A DNA stretch of 64,000 bases from Hydrolagus affinis (taxonomy: Eukaryota), in assembly GCA_012026655.1 (NCBI GenBank), contig JAAILG010000703.1:1-64000 (forward strand). The letters are read 5' to 3'. The first letter of the stretch is position 1, and the number at the start of each line of letters is the position of its first letter. The position numbers and the translations under genes are program-made. Below are positions 14,284 to 27,807 of the stretch, piece by piece. The notes under the pieces are model-generated. The model saw only the letters and a program-made list of their open reading frames with translations. It ran no database searches and was not told the origin of the DNA.

Positions 14284-14420
14284 AATAATAATAATCCTCA
14301 AATTTGATGTCGTACTTTATCATCATGTTGTTGAGTTGCCTCAATGCATTTCACTAGATTCTCGTCTGGGGATCGAACCAGGATCCTCTCACCTGCAAGG
14401 CGAGCACACTAACCATTGTT
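14284..14420 (-). mobile_element. Internally deleted tRNA-derived SINE (head joined to tail)
   Basis: (TAA)n tail directly followed by the reverse-complement head (gggatcgaaccagg...gcgagcacactaacca). Confidence 0.65.
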
Positions 14421-15064
14421 ACCAGCAAAGATAAGCCATGCAATCTGGTTAAAAAATAAAATGGCAGGATTTTACTTGAATCAACTTGAAACTTAAAAAT
14501 GTAGCCTACCCTCATAGTGCCAGGAAAGACAGAACAGGCTGTCTTCGAATGCCAGCTGAAAAAAATAAGGTTCGCCCCATACTGAAGCCAAAGTACATAC
14601 AGTACAGTCTGATTCCAGTGTTATGAATGAAATGACCCTATTTTCCATCTTTAACACATTATGGATTATTTAACTTTATGCCGGTATAAAATGATACAGC
14701 TGAAGTACTTGAATTGCATTCTATGAAAAGAAGCGCAACATAGTAGAACTGAAAGGGAAAAAAAATTATCAACAAAAGTCAGCCTGATTTTAATCTCTAA
14801 ATTGTGTCTTGCTTTTGAATCCAAGTAATTTGCATATAGACCTCAGAGGAGCTCGGAGAAGAAAGTAAAAATGATTCCAACAATGATCTTTTGGATTTTA
14901 CCCCTCTTAAAAAAACACTGACTCAGCTCCAGGCATTTATGAAAGCCTTGACGGTAAAGACAGTCTCTTGTAATCCTAGCCGATCCGCAGGGCATTGGAA
15001 AAAATAAGTAGCCTGAAACTTAAAAAAGTGAAACTATAAACTATTCATAATGAAATATAAAGTA

Positions 15065-15276
15065 CAGTAAAAGCCCGTTTATCCGGCATCCTCGGGACCT
15101 GGCCAATGCCGGTTAAAGTGCCTGCTGGTTATTCGGTCAAAAACGCAAAAAAAAAAATATTTCAATGCATTTTTCTGGATAAATTCCGGTTAATTGAATG
15201 CGGACCTTTTTTTTTTGTGATGCCGGTTATATGGAAGTTACGGTTGATCGGGTGCCGGATAAACAGGCTTTTACTG
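15065..15276. mobile_element. Tc1/mariner-pogo (Tigger-like) MITE
   Basis: TA|cagtaaaagcccgtttatccggca ... tgccggataaacaggcttttactg|TA: about 24 bp TIRs, TA target duplication, 212 bp. Confidence 0.9.
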
Positions 15277-15704
15277 TATTTCAATAACTGCAGCTGTTCA
15301 GAAATCCCATTTTTCATTATTTGGAATCATTATTTGGAGATTTCAGCAGCAATCCTCTCAGAGTCAATAAATTATCTGGGCCAACATATAAGATAAAAAG
15401 CACCTTAAACAAGATTCCTTCCCTACGGTTGCTTGCATTTTAGTTTGAAATCAAGATAACTTCTGCAAAAGTTATATTTAGCAAAGTGGATTTTATAATG
15501 GATCCAAATTACAGCAAAATTAAGGCGTGTTGCCCATAAGTTGAAAATTGAATCATTTTCTCACCACCAGCTCATTTGGAACCCAATGTACTAGAAGTTA
15601 TTTTCAGAATCGAGAACCCAGGGGCACATGAATCCAGTAATAATTTAGAGAAATACTGTACCTTCATATAGGAAATATGAACTTGCAAAATGAACTAAAT
15701 ACAA

Positions 15705-15813
15705 AATTCTGATTTGCTGAGGTTTGAAACAAGAAAATAAATAGCTGGGAACACTCAGGAAAGTCAGAACAAAGGATCGTAGGCCCGAAACATCTGACCT
15801 GCTGAGTGCTCCC
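15705..15813. mobile_element. Degenerate fold-back/Penelope pLTR-like element
   Basis: Arms gctgggaacactcagg and ctgacctgctgagtgctccca flank aaggatcgtaggcccGAAAcat. Confidence 0.5.
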
Positions 15814-16319
15814 ATACAAAATGAACGAAATGAATAAAGGCAGCGATTATATTAAAAAAGCATTAACATTAATGGAAATCAAAAATATATTTCTATTATT
15901 CATATCCTGTTACAACGAGATGGCCCCTCACATGACCACTCACCCCAGGAACAGGTTACATGAGAGCCACAGCTGGAAGTAAAGGTAACATCGACAGACA
16001 TCTAACCTTGAACAATGGTTCCTTCCTTTGCCTGTGGAGGCCAATGCTGTCAGCAGACCCACAAAGACGGTCAGAAATAAATGTCATCATGACCAACGAT
16101 GCCAAGGACTACTTTACTCAAGTACTATACAACTTCTGGCGTGTTAATGAGACAAAAACCAAAACAAAAGAACATAGAAATTGCTCCTTCATTCAACCAT
16201 TCTGTTCCAGAACTCAAAACACAAGAATCATGCTGAGCAGCAAGCAGTAAAGTGAAACTGCCATTTGACGGAGTCTATTCACCTGATTTATAAACTACTA
16301 CTATATCCTTTCCTTGTAT

Positions 16320-16430
16320 TACTCACTTTACAGTATATTCTGTTGAGTGCTTTGAGACACCTGACAGATGTGATAAGGAGCTATACCAAATACAGTACTG
16401 TACTGTACAAGGATTATTATTATTATTACT
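16320..16430 (+). mobile_element. SINE 3' tail fragment
   Basis: cactttacagtatattctg...gtgataaggagctata...ggattattattatt. Confidence 0.7.
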
Positions 16431-18659
16431 CCTGGCTTCTCCCCCACCCCACAATCACAACAATTGATAATATGTTACAGCATGTGCCTCTGGTTTCTTT
16501 ACAGCATTTACTTAAAGAAGCACCTAAAATGATTTTGCCAGCTTACAAACCAACACAGTTTTCGTTTTTTTTAAAAACACACGGTTTAAATCAATTTGCA
16601 GCAAAGATCCAGATTTGCAACCTCATACACACAAGCCAGCAGAAAGCAACTCTATCACCATTAAGTTACTACATCTGGTAAAAGCTATACAGTTCAAGTC
16701 CTAAACTGGCAGTGAAAGTTAAGTAAGGAGTTTTCCATATTTAAGAATTCTTGAATCTCATGAGGAAAATAATGCTCTGAATGGACACAACAGTCACTGC
16801 ATATGCTCACCAACTGTTCAATAAATCTGCTGGTTTACCATGAGAGAGTTGAAGAACGAAAACGCATCACAAATGTTCAAGCTTTGAATGTTTTACCAAA
16901 TTTGTCTCAGTTCAGCGGATGAAGTATAAATGATGATAAAATACACCAAAGCCCCAAAGGAATCTCAGTCTCCTGAAAATGCCTTTCATAGCTTTTGGCA
17001 AGAACCCACAGTGGCGTTTATTCAGCTTGAATTAACTAATGGATCCTAGCAAACTTCCAAAATATAATAAACTCTCACATTACATGCAGCACCTATCGTC
17101 TAAAGGGTTTAGATTTATACTGCAATTTCGAAACCATATGACACAAAAAAAGCAAAATGCTTTAACATAATGTTGTTTCTGGTCACAAATAAATCCAATC
17201 CCAGCTTTTCAGTCAAAACACTCCTCCCTGAGATCATTGGTAAACATCACAGTAATTTCCTTGGCTGATTAATTCGAGATGCTTTACAAAGAAAGGGAAA
17301 CAGAATTGTGGACCTCTGCCTCTTTAACTGTTATAAATCAAAAGGCAAGAGATCATTTTGTGTCATTACTATACGACTGCTGGCTAGATTGGCAAAGGAC
17401 TATGTTTATTTACCTGTATTCTGGTTGAAATTACTCATATGCGTTGCATAAGTACAAGGCAATTTATAACTTAGGAGGATTCAAATCACTCAATCAGATT
17501 CTTAGCCCAAATATTGAACCTATCAATTGCAGCACATTGATCAGGATTTGAGCTGCCTTCTGCTGCAGAATTCTTGACAGCCGTTTGAGTATTAATGCTC
17601 ATTAATATTAAAAATTCTTATGGATTCTCAGCAAGACACCCAACATCATAATTTTCATTCGCTGAGCTCATACTGAGATTAAAACCAAATTCTCTTGGCA
17701 AAACATGCATGAACAATATTGTTATCTAATTCCCTTCACAATAAAGCAACAAGCTAACATTACTTTAGTTTTCCCTCTGTGCCGTCCGCATTCTTTTATC
17801 ATGTTAAATCGCAGGTCTAAGAAAATGTGTGCCCTCTTAAAGATTCGTCCTATCGCGCTCTTCAAGTCACTTGGGATTCAAGACAATGTCACAAAGAAAA
17901 GTAAAGGGAAAAACCTAAAGAAGAAAAAACAGTAGAAAAGATGCATTTCACATTTCTTCCACTCCTGAAGCAAATACCTCCAGGGTTTTCATTAAACTCT
18001 CACCATGTTTTCTTGCGGATCTGTCAGTTGTGTTGAAATCAGAAAGAGAGAACAAAGAAAATATTAAGTGCACAAGTCAAGATCTTAAAGCTATCGAGAC
18101 ACACGCTCTAACAGGAAACAAAAGTGGCAGTGGCGATGATGGTGGGGGGGTGGAATGGGATAAAGGGGGTTGTCATTGGATAGTGAATGGGATAGTTCCA
18201 TCAGCAAGAGAGAACCCCATAGAACAGAACCTCTTTCATATGTCAAATGCTCCACGTTGGCTATAAAGTTGTTCTTTATAAAAACCCTGTCAAGCCAACA
18301 ACTGACAGATACAGAAAAGGACCAAATATTAGAGCAACACCAAGTGGCTAACATGTGTACAGCACTCCAAAATGGTGGTAAACTACAACCTTCCTTGCTT
18401 TTCCTAATTGTAATTTGCAGACTATGCAAATAGTGTCAACTTTGGCTTTCAGATACCCGTATTACAATTTGGATGAAGTCAAACCAGCCGCGGCCGCACC
18501 CCACCACCCCGATGGATTCACCCAATCATATTCCTCCCCCCACCCACCCCCAGAGACTCACACTACTGCTCAGAAATTTCATAATCCTTGGATTTAATAA
18601 ACAGTAGTGTCTCATGTTTACGGGATATCCCAAAGGGCTTCACATGATTTCCTGTAGAG

Positions 18660-18945
18660 CAGTGTTTCCCAAACTCAGGTCCCTACCCAAATCGGGTCGT
18701 GGAGGTCCTTAGTAGGGTCGCAAAGGGTCATCAGAATTTTTCAGTTTTTTAATGCTGAAAAGTGCCCGAGGCGACACCGCCGACCAATTTGTATGAAAGA
18801 CTGTACTAGCGAGTTGCGCTGAATCCACAAAAGAGACGGAGATATCGTCTTGGCTGAACTTCGCTTCAGTCGCGCAGTCCTAAGGGTCGGGAGGTCCTGT
18901 TGGTGGGCAATTTAGGGTCAAAGCAAAAAAAGGTTGGGAACCACT
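18660..18945. mobile_element. hAT-Charlie-like MITE
   Basis: TIRs cagtgtttcccaaact / aggttgggaaccact; left flank ctgtagag is echoed by cactagag on the right. Confidence 0.75.
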
Positions 18946-19139
18946 TTTTTTTACACTAGAGTGCAGTGACTATTTTGTAGGCGAACATGGTAGATCATTT
19001 TTGGGCACAGCAATGTTCCACAAAGTCATGAATCAAGTGACTAATATTATCTATTTACTATACATATATGTAACATTATGTTGTTGTTATATGGAGAATT
19101 GTTGGCTAGGACTCCAGGAGAATTTTTTTTTGAATAGTG

Positions 19140-19665
19140 CCCGCTTGTCAGCCTCCCCAACTCCTCCCTCCATAGGCTGCAGATTATCCAGAACTCAGCA
19201 GCCCGTGTCCTCTGGCCCTGGCCCTATCTCCGCGACCCTATCAACCCCATCCTCATTCGAGTCCATTGGTTTTGCATTACCCAGTTGATACAGTTCAAGA
19301 TCCTGGTCCTCCCTTGACCTATCTCTGCGACCTCCTAACCCTCTACCAACTTGCCCGCTCCCTCTGCTCAATGAGCTCCAGCCTGATTTACGTCCACCGC
19401 CTCGTCCGCCCCACCATTGGCAGTCAGCCTTCAGCCACTCTATTCCCAACCTCTGGAACTCCATTCCCCCAGTCCCTCCACCTCAACCCCTCCCTTGCCT
19501 ATTTCAAGACCTGTCTCAATACGCTCTTCTTCATCTGTGCCTTTGGTCACATTATGGACATCTCCGTGCTCCCTCTCCCCTGGCTCAGGGTTAAACTCTG
19601 CCACTGTGAAGCACTCCGGGACGCTACATCGCATGAAAGACCCTATATAAATATTGTTGTATAAA
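19140..19665 (+). mobile_element. L2 3' fragment
   Basis: Degenerate LQIIQNSAA...HW...QFKIL coding remnant followed by an L2 tail. Confidence 0.8.
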
Positions 19666-20395
19666 CTGTTGTAATGCAGTGCACCTGATGCATTTAAATT
19701 AGAATATGAGCAAAAAATTCAGACATAAGGTTTGAGATCACAACCTTTCTGACTCAGAGGCAAGAGTCAACTGTATCAGACTGACAATGGTAAATGTGTA
19801 AAAACAACATTATTTTTCCCATTTTTCTTTGGGTTCCTTGCAACTATCAGGGTGATATAATGCACTGTTGCAGGATATGTAGCGGAACTAATATGAGACC
19901 AATTAAAATAGCTGCACAACAATTACAGTTGGACCCCAAGATTTCAACCTCCTTCGGCAAAGAGACAAATTAATTGCTTCACTCAAGATTATGTTCGAAA
20001 AGATACTCACAGAATATTCTTAACGATCCTTTCAATTCTGTGTCACCTCCACTTTGAGTTAGATACCATTCTTCATCCATTTACAGACTTAATTCTAATT
20101 ATGATTCATTATGTTGCAATTTTATTTTATCATTGTTTGGATTTTTAATTAGATTCCTTGCGTTTATTTTCCCTTCACACGCATCCCTTTAGTTTTTGAA
20201 TACTTGGTTTGCTTTGCCCTAAATTTTCACGTTAGGAGCGTATTTCACTCCCTAGCCTAGAGATATTTTTCACAGATTCACATCCAATGAGCATGCTGCT
20301 CAGTAAAAGTAATATTAAATAACAATTAGACAGGTGAGAAAATCACATTTTATGTTTCAACACACTTAACTTCTCATGCTGCAAACATGGTGCAA

Positions 20396-20500
20396 TCATA
20401 GAATGTTGCAGCTCAAAAGGAAGCCATAAAGCTCATTGTTCCTGTGCCGGCTCTTTAAAAGAGCTACCGACTAGTCCCACTCCTCCACTCTTAGCCCATA
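20396..20500 (-). mobile_element. CR1 3' tail fragment
   Basis: tcatagaatgttgcagctcaaaaggaagccat...gtgccggctcttt. Confidence 0.65.
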
Positions 20501-21219
20501 ATCAATTAATTACTTTTGAGCAAACTATACAGGAGACTGCACTTTTTTTAAAAAAAGGAATCAAGTAGCATATAAACATTGATTTTTTGTCCATATAAAT
20601 CAGTAAAAGCTGCAGATATTTCACTCTTTATGTTTCTCAGAGCAAGGATATCCTTGTTGATGGCTTCGCTGCTTCTAACATTCCAGTTCACCCTCAAAAG
20701 TAACTGATTAAAAGTGATGGATTAACCCCTTGGTAACCCAATGGTAAACTGATATACATAATCGAATGCAGTGCTGACAATAAATCATGACGTAATCTTC
20801 CTGCTGCTTATGGATTATGAATTTTGAACAAAGGTTGCTACGTTTGGTGACTAACCGTGTGTGGGCCAATTTGTGCGGAAGAATAAAATTGGCTTGTTAA
20901 ATGTTAACTGAAAATGTCATCTGTACATGTGGTGGGTGATTCACAGGAAACCGCATGTCTCATGTGACCGTCATTAGATGTGGGACCAAAAGCAATGGAG
21001 TCATCTCCTGAAATATTTTGGCTTGTTTTTATGACCTCTTTACAACCACTGAGGCCCAAGTCTTGCTACATTTCCTTTTTATTTCTAAACAAAATACTGT
21101 ATTGTTTCAATCCCCATCCCTTAAAATTAGCTTTAACACCAATTTTCTTGTTTTTATCTTTTAATCTAGTGAATCCAAAATTGTTCCATGGTGTCCTTTT
21201 CACATTACTCTATTAAGTT

Positions 21220-21328
21220 GTGTTTCGCCCACAAAATATACATTGAATTCATTTGACAGTATATTAGGTATACTCTTTGAGACGTCCTGAAGACGTAATA
21301 AGGCACTCTATCAAATGCACGTATTATT
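21220..21328 (+). mobile_element. SINE 3' fragment
   Basis: tttcgcccacaaaatatac...tttgagacgtc...atcaaatgc. Confidence 0.75.
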
Positions 21329-22815
21329 ACTTGCATTTGATACAGCGCTTTTCACGTCTTCTAGATGTCTCAAAGCGCTTCACAGAATGTACTGCAAAGT
21401 GAATTGTGTATTTATTTTGAGGGCAAAATAATTTTTTTTGTGGACTTTTAAAAGGCATTTGACAAAATGCCGCATGAGAGGCTTATTAGGAAAGTGGAGG
21501 CCCACGGCGTTAAAGGGACAGTGGCAGCATGGATCCACAACTGGCTGCGAGACAGAAAGCAAAGAGCTGTGGTGAGTGGCTGTTTTTCGGACTGTAGGGA
21601 AGTGTGCAGTGGCATGCCCCAGGGATCGGTATTGGGACCATTGCTCTTTTTAATATATATTAACAATCTGGACTTGGGTGCAAGGAGCACAGTTTCCAAG
21701 TTTGCAGATGATACTAAGTTAGGGAGAATAGTAAATAGTGAGGAGGATAGTAACCATCTGCAAGAAGATATAGATAAAATGATAAAGTGGGCAGACACAT
21801 GGCAGATGAAGTTTAATGCAGAGAAGTGTGAGCTGACACATATTGGGAGAAGAAATGAGGGGAGGCAACATAGGCTAGATAGTACAATTTTAAGGGGTGT
21901 GAGGGAACAGACAGACCTGGAGATTTGTATTAGCAAATCTTTGAAGGTGGTAGGACAGGTAGACAAAGCCATTAAGAAGGCATATGGGACACTAGGCTTT
22001 TTAAATAGGGGTATAGAGTACAAAAGTCAGGAAGTGCTGACTATACCTCTGTAAAACTTTGGTTAGGCCTCAGCTGGAGTACTGTGTCCAATTCTGGTCA
22101 CCACACTAAAGAAAGCATGTTAAGGCATTGGAAAGGGTGCAAAGAAGGTTTAGTAGAATGGTGCCAGGATTGAGGGACTTCAGATATGGGGAAAGGCTAG
22201 ATAGGCTAGGTTTATTCTCTTTGAAACAGAGAAGGTTGAGAGGAGACCTAATAGAGGTTTATAAAATTATGAGGGATTCGAATTTAAGGAAAAACTGTTT
22301 CCACTGGTGGGCGAATCTGTGACTCTTAGTCACAGATTTAAAATAGTTTCAAAACGAAGCAGAGGGGAGCTGAGGAGAATTTTTTTCACTCAGCGGGTTG
22401 TTCCAATCTGGAATGCATTGCCTGAAAAGGTGGTGGAGGCCGATTCCATAACAGCTTTTAAAAGAGAATTAGATCTTTATTTAGGGAGAACAGGTCTGTT
22501 AGGTTATGGGGAGAGAGCTGGGCAGTGGGATTGAGTTGCTCTTTTCAAAGAGGCGGCACAGACTAGATAGGCCAAATGGCTTCCTTTTGTGCCGTAAAAT
22601 TCTATGATTCTATGAAAACACGGCAGCAAATTACATACAGCAGTGTCCCACAAACAGTTGTAAATTTAAATGACACATTCTTTATTTTTTTTAACGAGGG
22701 ATTATTATTAGACGTGTGGAGTAAGGAAACTTGTCCAAGGTTTCGCCCTGCCTGGAATCGAACCCAGGTCTCTCGTTTGCAAAGCGATTGCTCTAACCAA
22801 TGAGCTACAGGACTC
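21322..22815 (-). mobile_element. tRNA-derived SINE (short form) split by a CR1 insertion
   Basis: Tail at 21322-21428; the element resumes colinearly at 22616 and runs to the head (gagctacaggactc) at 22815. Confidence 0.8.
21440..22614 (+). mobile_element. 5'-truncated CR1 LINE with reverse-transcriptase remnant (frameshifts and stops)
   Basis: ORFs give GMPQGSVLGPLLFLIYINNLD, KFADDTKL, RRLRGDLIEVYKIM and FFTQRVVPIWNALP; ends in attctatgattctatg. Confidence 0.95.
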
Positions 22816-23571
22816 TATAATATGTTATTTTCTAACATATCACACTTTTTAGTTTGAGCTCTTAATACTGTTAAGACTTTGGGACCACCTCCCAATGTGA
22901 AAGGCGCTCTACAAATGTAATTTTGTTGTTGTTATTTTACTATATGTAGATCTGACAACAATATCCTGGCTCTGTGCTTATATATCAAACTGCTCAAACG
23001 GCTTCAAGTAGTTGAGAAGTCAACCTCAACTCAAACTTCTCATTTTTAAAACCAAATTCTTTCTTTAAACTGCCTTGAATGAAAACCATTGCAAATGTCC
23101 TTTGAATTCAGAACCAAGTTATAAATCACCATCCTGCTTTGTTCCATTAAACTCTATGAAGTTGCAAGTTGCTGTAAAGGTAATGAAATTCATTTTCAGG
23201 AATGTTAAGCAGCAGGCAAGGTGACAGATGGGCTTCATTTAAAAAAGAGAAATGTAGGAATATATTGCGTCAAAGAAAACATTTCTTGGTTGCACAGAGC
23301 TAACAAAACACTGAACAGCCAAGAGGCATGCCAAATCACACTGAATAAACAGCATTCAGATTAGAGTGCTAAACCATGCCTAGCTGTTTACTATGGGGAC
23401 AATATGGTTCTGATACCACCAGCAGAAATGAAGCCCACATAATTAGATTTTTGTTAGTGGGAAAAAGGATTGTTCTGGATGTGGTGAATGCATAACACAC
23501 AAAATTAAAAACCAATGTGAATACTAAATGTCTCAGATTTCAATTGTAAATGACACTAATTTTTTTTTAAT

Positions 23572-23914
23572 CTTTGCATTTGACATAGTGCCTTTTCACA
23601 TCTTCGATAAGTCTCAAAGCGCTTCACAGCACAGTTCGGTGAACTGACTATATTTTTGTAGGTGAAACACGGTAGTGATTGAGCACAGCAGTGTCCATTG
23701 CTTAGTCCACGCTTAGTCGTGGATTGAAATTTTTCTTTTTTTTTGAAGGGATTATTATTCTGGAAAAGCGATCCACCAATTGACTAACCACCTACTTACC
23801 ACTAGGTAAACTGAGGCTTGCGGAGTAAGGAAACTTGCCTAACATTTCGCCCCACCTGGAATCAAACCACTCGTTTGCGAGGCAAGTGTTCTAAACACTG
23901 AACTACAGGATTCC
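23572..23914 (-). mobile_element. tRNA-derived SINE, long form
   Basis: Tail, central ctaggtaaactgaggc...ggagtaaggaaacttgcc segment, and head ...ctacaggattcc. Confidence 0.8.
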
Positions 23915-25127
23915 ATTGTAGCTCCTCTATAGTTTAACAAAAGCATATGCAGACATTTTTCTCTTTTGCATTTCAAAATTCAAAAGAAATAGTACAAGTA
24001 GCTAGATTTTTCTATTCAAATCCTTAAATAATCTTTGACATATTTAATTAGGTAAACAAGGGGCTTTCTGGCTAGAGTCTGTACCACCAGGTGAGGCAAT
24101 TTATATCTCCAAAAGCCCTTTTAACCCTCGCTGCAGAACCTCGCACCTACACTGGCAGATTCTCTGTGGATACACACGTAGATAAAAAGGCTGTTATCCA
24201 AATATTTCAGTTGCTGATTTAATCAGAAGAGAAGCTAATAGACTAAGTTCAAGATTGCTAGGAGATAGGTTGGCACTATTCCTTAATCAGAAACAGTAGG
24301 AGAAGATTTGAACTTCAGTTCAATCAATATCTCCCTGCAGCTGGGGAAAATGAGGTGCAATTAAAAGTAGGACATAAATCTTACTATGGGCTGAGGAGTC
24401 TACATCAAATTAATGCAAACATCCACAGCATGGTGTAGGAAACGTAAGGGCATATCTTCACTCTTTCCAGTCTTGAACCATAATCATGCCACTTTGGCTG
24501 AATGCCTATGAGAGCTATCTCAGGCATGTTGCATCTCCTGAGATATGCTGACCCTTGTTTTGTTACAAATTCAGACATTTCCAAGTCAGTGCAGACTCAA
24601 AACTGGAAATGTGTAATAAGAATATTATATCTCCAACGGTATTTAATTACTGTTTAAAGAGATGTAATGGACGTTTATTGCAACAATCTATACGATATTC
24701 TGAAGAGGATTATTTGACACCATTGGATTAAGAATCAAACTCAGTGGTTAAATATATCGCTTTTGAAGAACTAATGACAAAGTCACCAGAAGCAGGTGAT
24801 AGAGGACTGCAAATTTAGCTCTTTTATGAATAATGATAGATCATTGATTTGCGACACGTCCAAATAGCTAAGAAAATACGGCATGCATAGGAAATACTGA
24901 TTAAATTGAGAATACCATATTACCAAATACTTCAACATGGTTCTTTATATAAAAAAGAAAATGGAATCTTAGAAAATTGGGGAAGGCAAATGTCCCTAAG
25001 CATGAAGAACAAACCAGGATCATTGATCAAGGAATGATATTGCCAATTATTGGAGAATCCATTAAGGAGCTACGTTTCTTTTTTTAAATCTATTAAATTG
25101 CTTGTTAAGAGTATGAGTATATGCTCA

Positions 25128-25290
25128 ATAATAATAATAAGTGCATTTGATTATGCACCTTATCATGTTTCTGAGCCATCTCAAAGCATTTCACAGAATA
25201 TAATATAAAGTGAATTAAGTATATGTTTGCAAGCCAATTGCACACAGCAGTATTCCACAAAGTGGTGGATTGAGTGACCAAAATATTATT
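25128..25290 (-). mobile_element. SINE 3' half
   Basis: (TAA)n, gcatttga...tctcaaagcatttcacagaata...cacagcagtattccac. Confidence 0.7.
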
Positions 25291-27807
25291 ATTATATTGA
25301 AAGCCATCAGTACAAATTGGTTCTTTAAAGTAAAAAACAGTCAAATACCAATGCATTAGCAAAAGAATAGTCTGAGAAATGTTCTTGGCAGGACACTCAT
25401 TTCCACTCGCCATTAAGTCCAAATTGGTACAGACACCAAATTTCTCAAAGAACACTGAACAGTGACCTCCAAAAGCAAATTCAAATTCTCAATATCCAAA
25501 TTCTGTAGTTTTCTTACCAATCATTTTGAGCACCCACTGTGTGGTCTCTTTTGCATCAAGAATGTTTATTTTAAACCAAGCTAATCTATGTAACCTATAA
25601 CCTGTTCGCAGGATTCAAACTGTACATCTACTTACTTATTCAGAGCCATAAACTCGAAGAACCGAATGGATCAAAGACTCTGACAGAATCTCACAACACA
25701 TTTACATAACAGACAAAAGTATCCAGATGGTTGATTTGCATGGAGACGAATACAGCAATGTTAAATGATTTAGTAGGGTTGTAAAGAAATTTATCCTGAC
25801 CCTTCCACACCTCGATGGCAGGAATGAATTAAAAACAGATCAGAAGATTAAACAAAAAAATCACATTTTAATTTCCATATAAATGTCAATGTGAAACAAA
25901 GGCAAATGATTATAAAGCAACAGATTGTAAGAGAATGTATGTAACATTACAGATGACTAAAATGTAAAGTCTGACTGTATTCCATAGATAATCCAATGGA
26001 AAATATACCCGGAAACACCATCTGCATTATCTTTTTGGTCAATATGAAACAGGAAAAATTTTGCAGTGAAGTAGCTAGCCTTCAGTTGAGTAATTCTAAT
26101 TGAACTTGCCGTCAGCAGTGCAGTTGTAAAGCCACCAATTCAATGTTTTATATTCTTTATTCGTCTATGAATCAACGGTTTATTTTAAGTTACATTCTGT
26201 ATAATTAAGAATGCTGGAGATAACGATTGTCCTTTCCCTGAAGAACTGCATCACTAACTGCAATCCATTATTGTAAAATACAGTTGGTTAAAGCACCTTA
26301 TAAAGGCACTATATACAAGTCACCACACAAACTAGTCTTACATCTGGCATTTTAAGTAAAAATGACTTACTTTGTTACAGTTACTGAAATTATGTTTATA
26401 GTAACTTATTGTTGAAAAGGTAATTATATTTAATCTCCATTACTAAATGTTCTATAAAGGTGCTTGTACAGCAAATTATTGCTGAAAAAATATAATTCAT
26501 ATAAATATAAAACTGTTGTCTATGGACCTTCATTCAAACTTTCTAAAAGATCCACCCTAACTCTAACTACCAACTCCCCCATAATTTGCTTGGTATCTGA
26601 CAAATAATTATTATGCATTTTAAGCTATTCTCTCATATCTCATATATAAATGGTCTTTTATAAATGCAAGTTACAGAAAGTTTGGGAAATTCAAGATTAC
26701 CTAGCAATGCAGAATTTTATAATTAAGATATATTGAAAAAAGCAGATGTATGCATTGTTTAAGAGCAAACAGCATAAATTCTGTAATACCCAGTGAATGA
26801 AAACATGTGCTGAGTGAAAAGGTCACATCCTTAACTTAAAATATTTAGGTGACAATGAGTCATGGCGCTAGAGTTTCAGTAGTTATTTGTCAAATAGGAA
26901 ACTCATTTCATTTTGGAACTATATTTGGCCCTTGGATTTTAATAATTTTCCTTATGAGAATAAGCGCATGACATAATCAAACGCCCCTCTGCCCACACAA
27001 CTGTTCGCAAAACAGCACCTAACATGTAATAAACCAGATTTTCTACCCAAAGAGCTCATCTTACTCAGATAAGAGAGTGAATCTATTAGGACCAGACACA
27101 GTACTTCTCTGATTCCAAGTCGAGTGCTCAAGCAACTAAGCTACACGAGATGACATAAACAAAATTACAAAAAAAGATAATTCCCTTACTTAATTGCTGT
27201 TCATGGGACATTGATTGCTGTACACAAATTAGCTTCTGTGTTTTTGCCTATATAAAGTCACTACATTTCACTTCAATACAATCCTGTGATGCGCTTGAGA
27301 CATTGACAACATGAGAAGACGTTATATCAAATGTAAGGATTATTACAATTATTAATTAGTATTATAAGCATAAGGTTGGGGTAATCTATATTTACTCAAG
27401 ATGCTGCATGCAAGTCACTCTGTAACACATTCAAGAGGACACCAAAGCTTACTCATGGAAATACCTTTCTTGCAAATGTTATGTTACAGCAACACAACAA
27501 ATGTAGAACTGAACTATTTAAAGCTTGGTTGTATTTACTCCACTATTTACAAATTATAATTTTTTAAAGATGATTTGGAGTGTTAATTCTCTAAATTGTT
27601 CCATCAGGCCACTCTCTTAGTCTGAAATGGCCATTACTCCAAATCAATAACTCTAAAAACATCTTTGATAGATTGTGAACAGACTCTTGGCATTGACCAC
27701 CATTTCTTAAGCCTTCTAATTTAACTTCTGAAATTAATCAAAAGATTTTCACAAGCAAAGGCTCTCCAGGCTTTACAGGCAAATCGTACAACAACATATT
27801 CAAAACT

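Larger units (their letters stand above)
18580..19790 (-). mobile_element. DeuSINE-like element interrupted by a hAT MITE and an L2 fragment
   Basis: Tail 18580-18659, body 18955-19140 (ggactccaggag...aatagtgcc), head 19670-19790 (caacctttctgactcagaggcaagag). Confidence 0.55.

Noticed and set aside
21467-22054. Functional reverse transcriptase gene (also 33061-34614 and 54700-55521)
   Set aside because: These are 5'-truncated LINE remnants with frameshifts and stops and no endonuclease domain.
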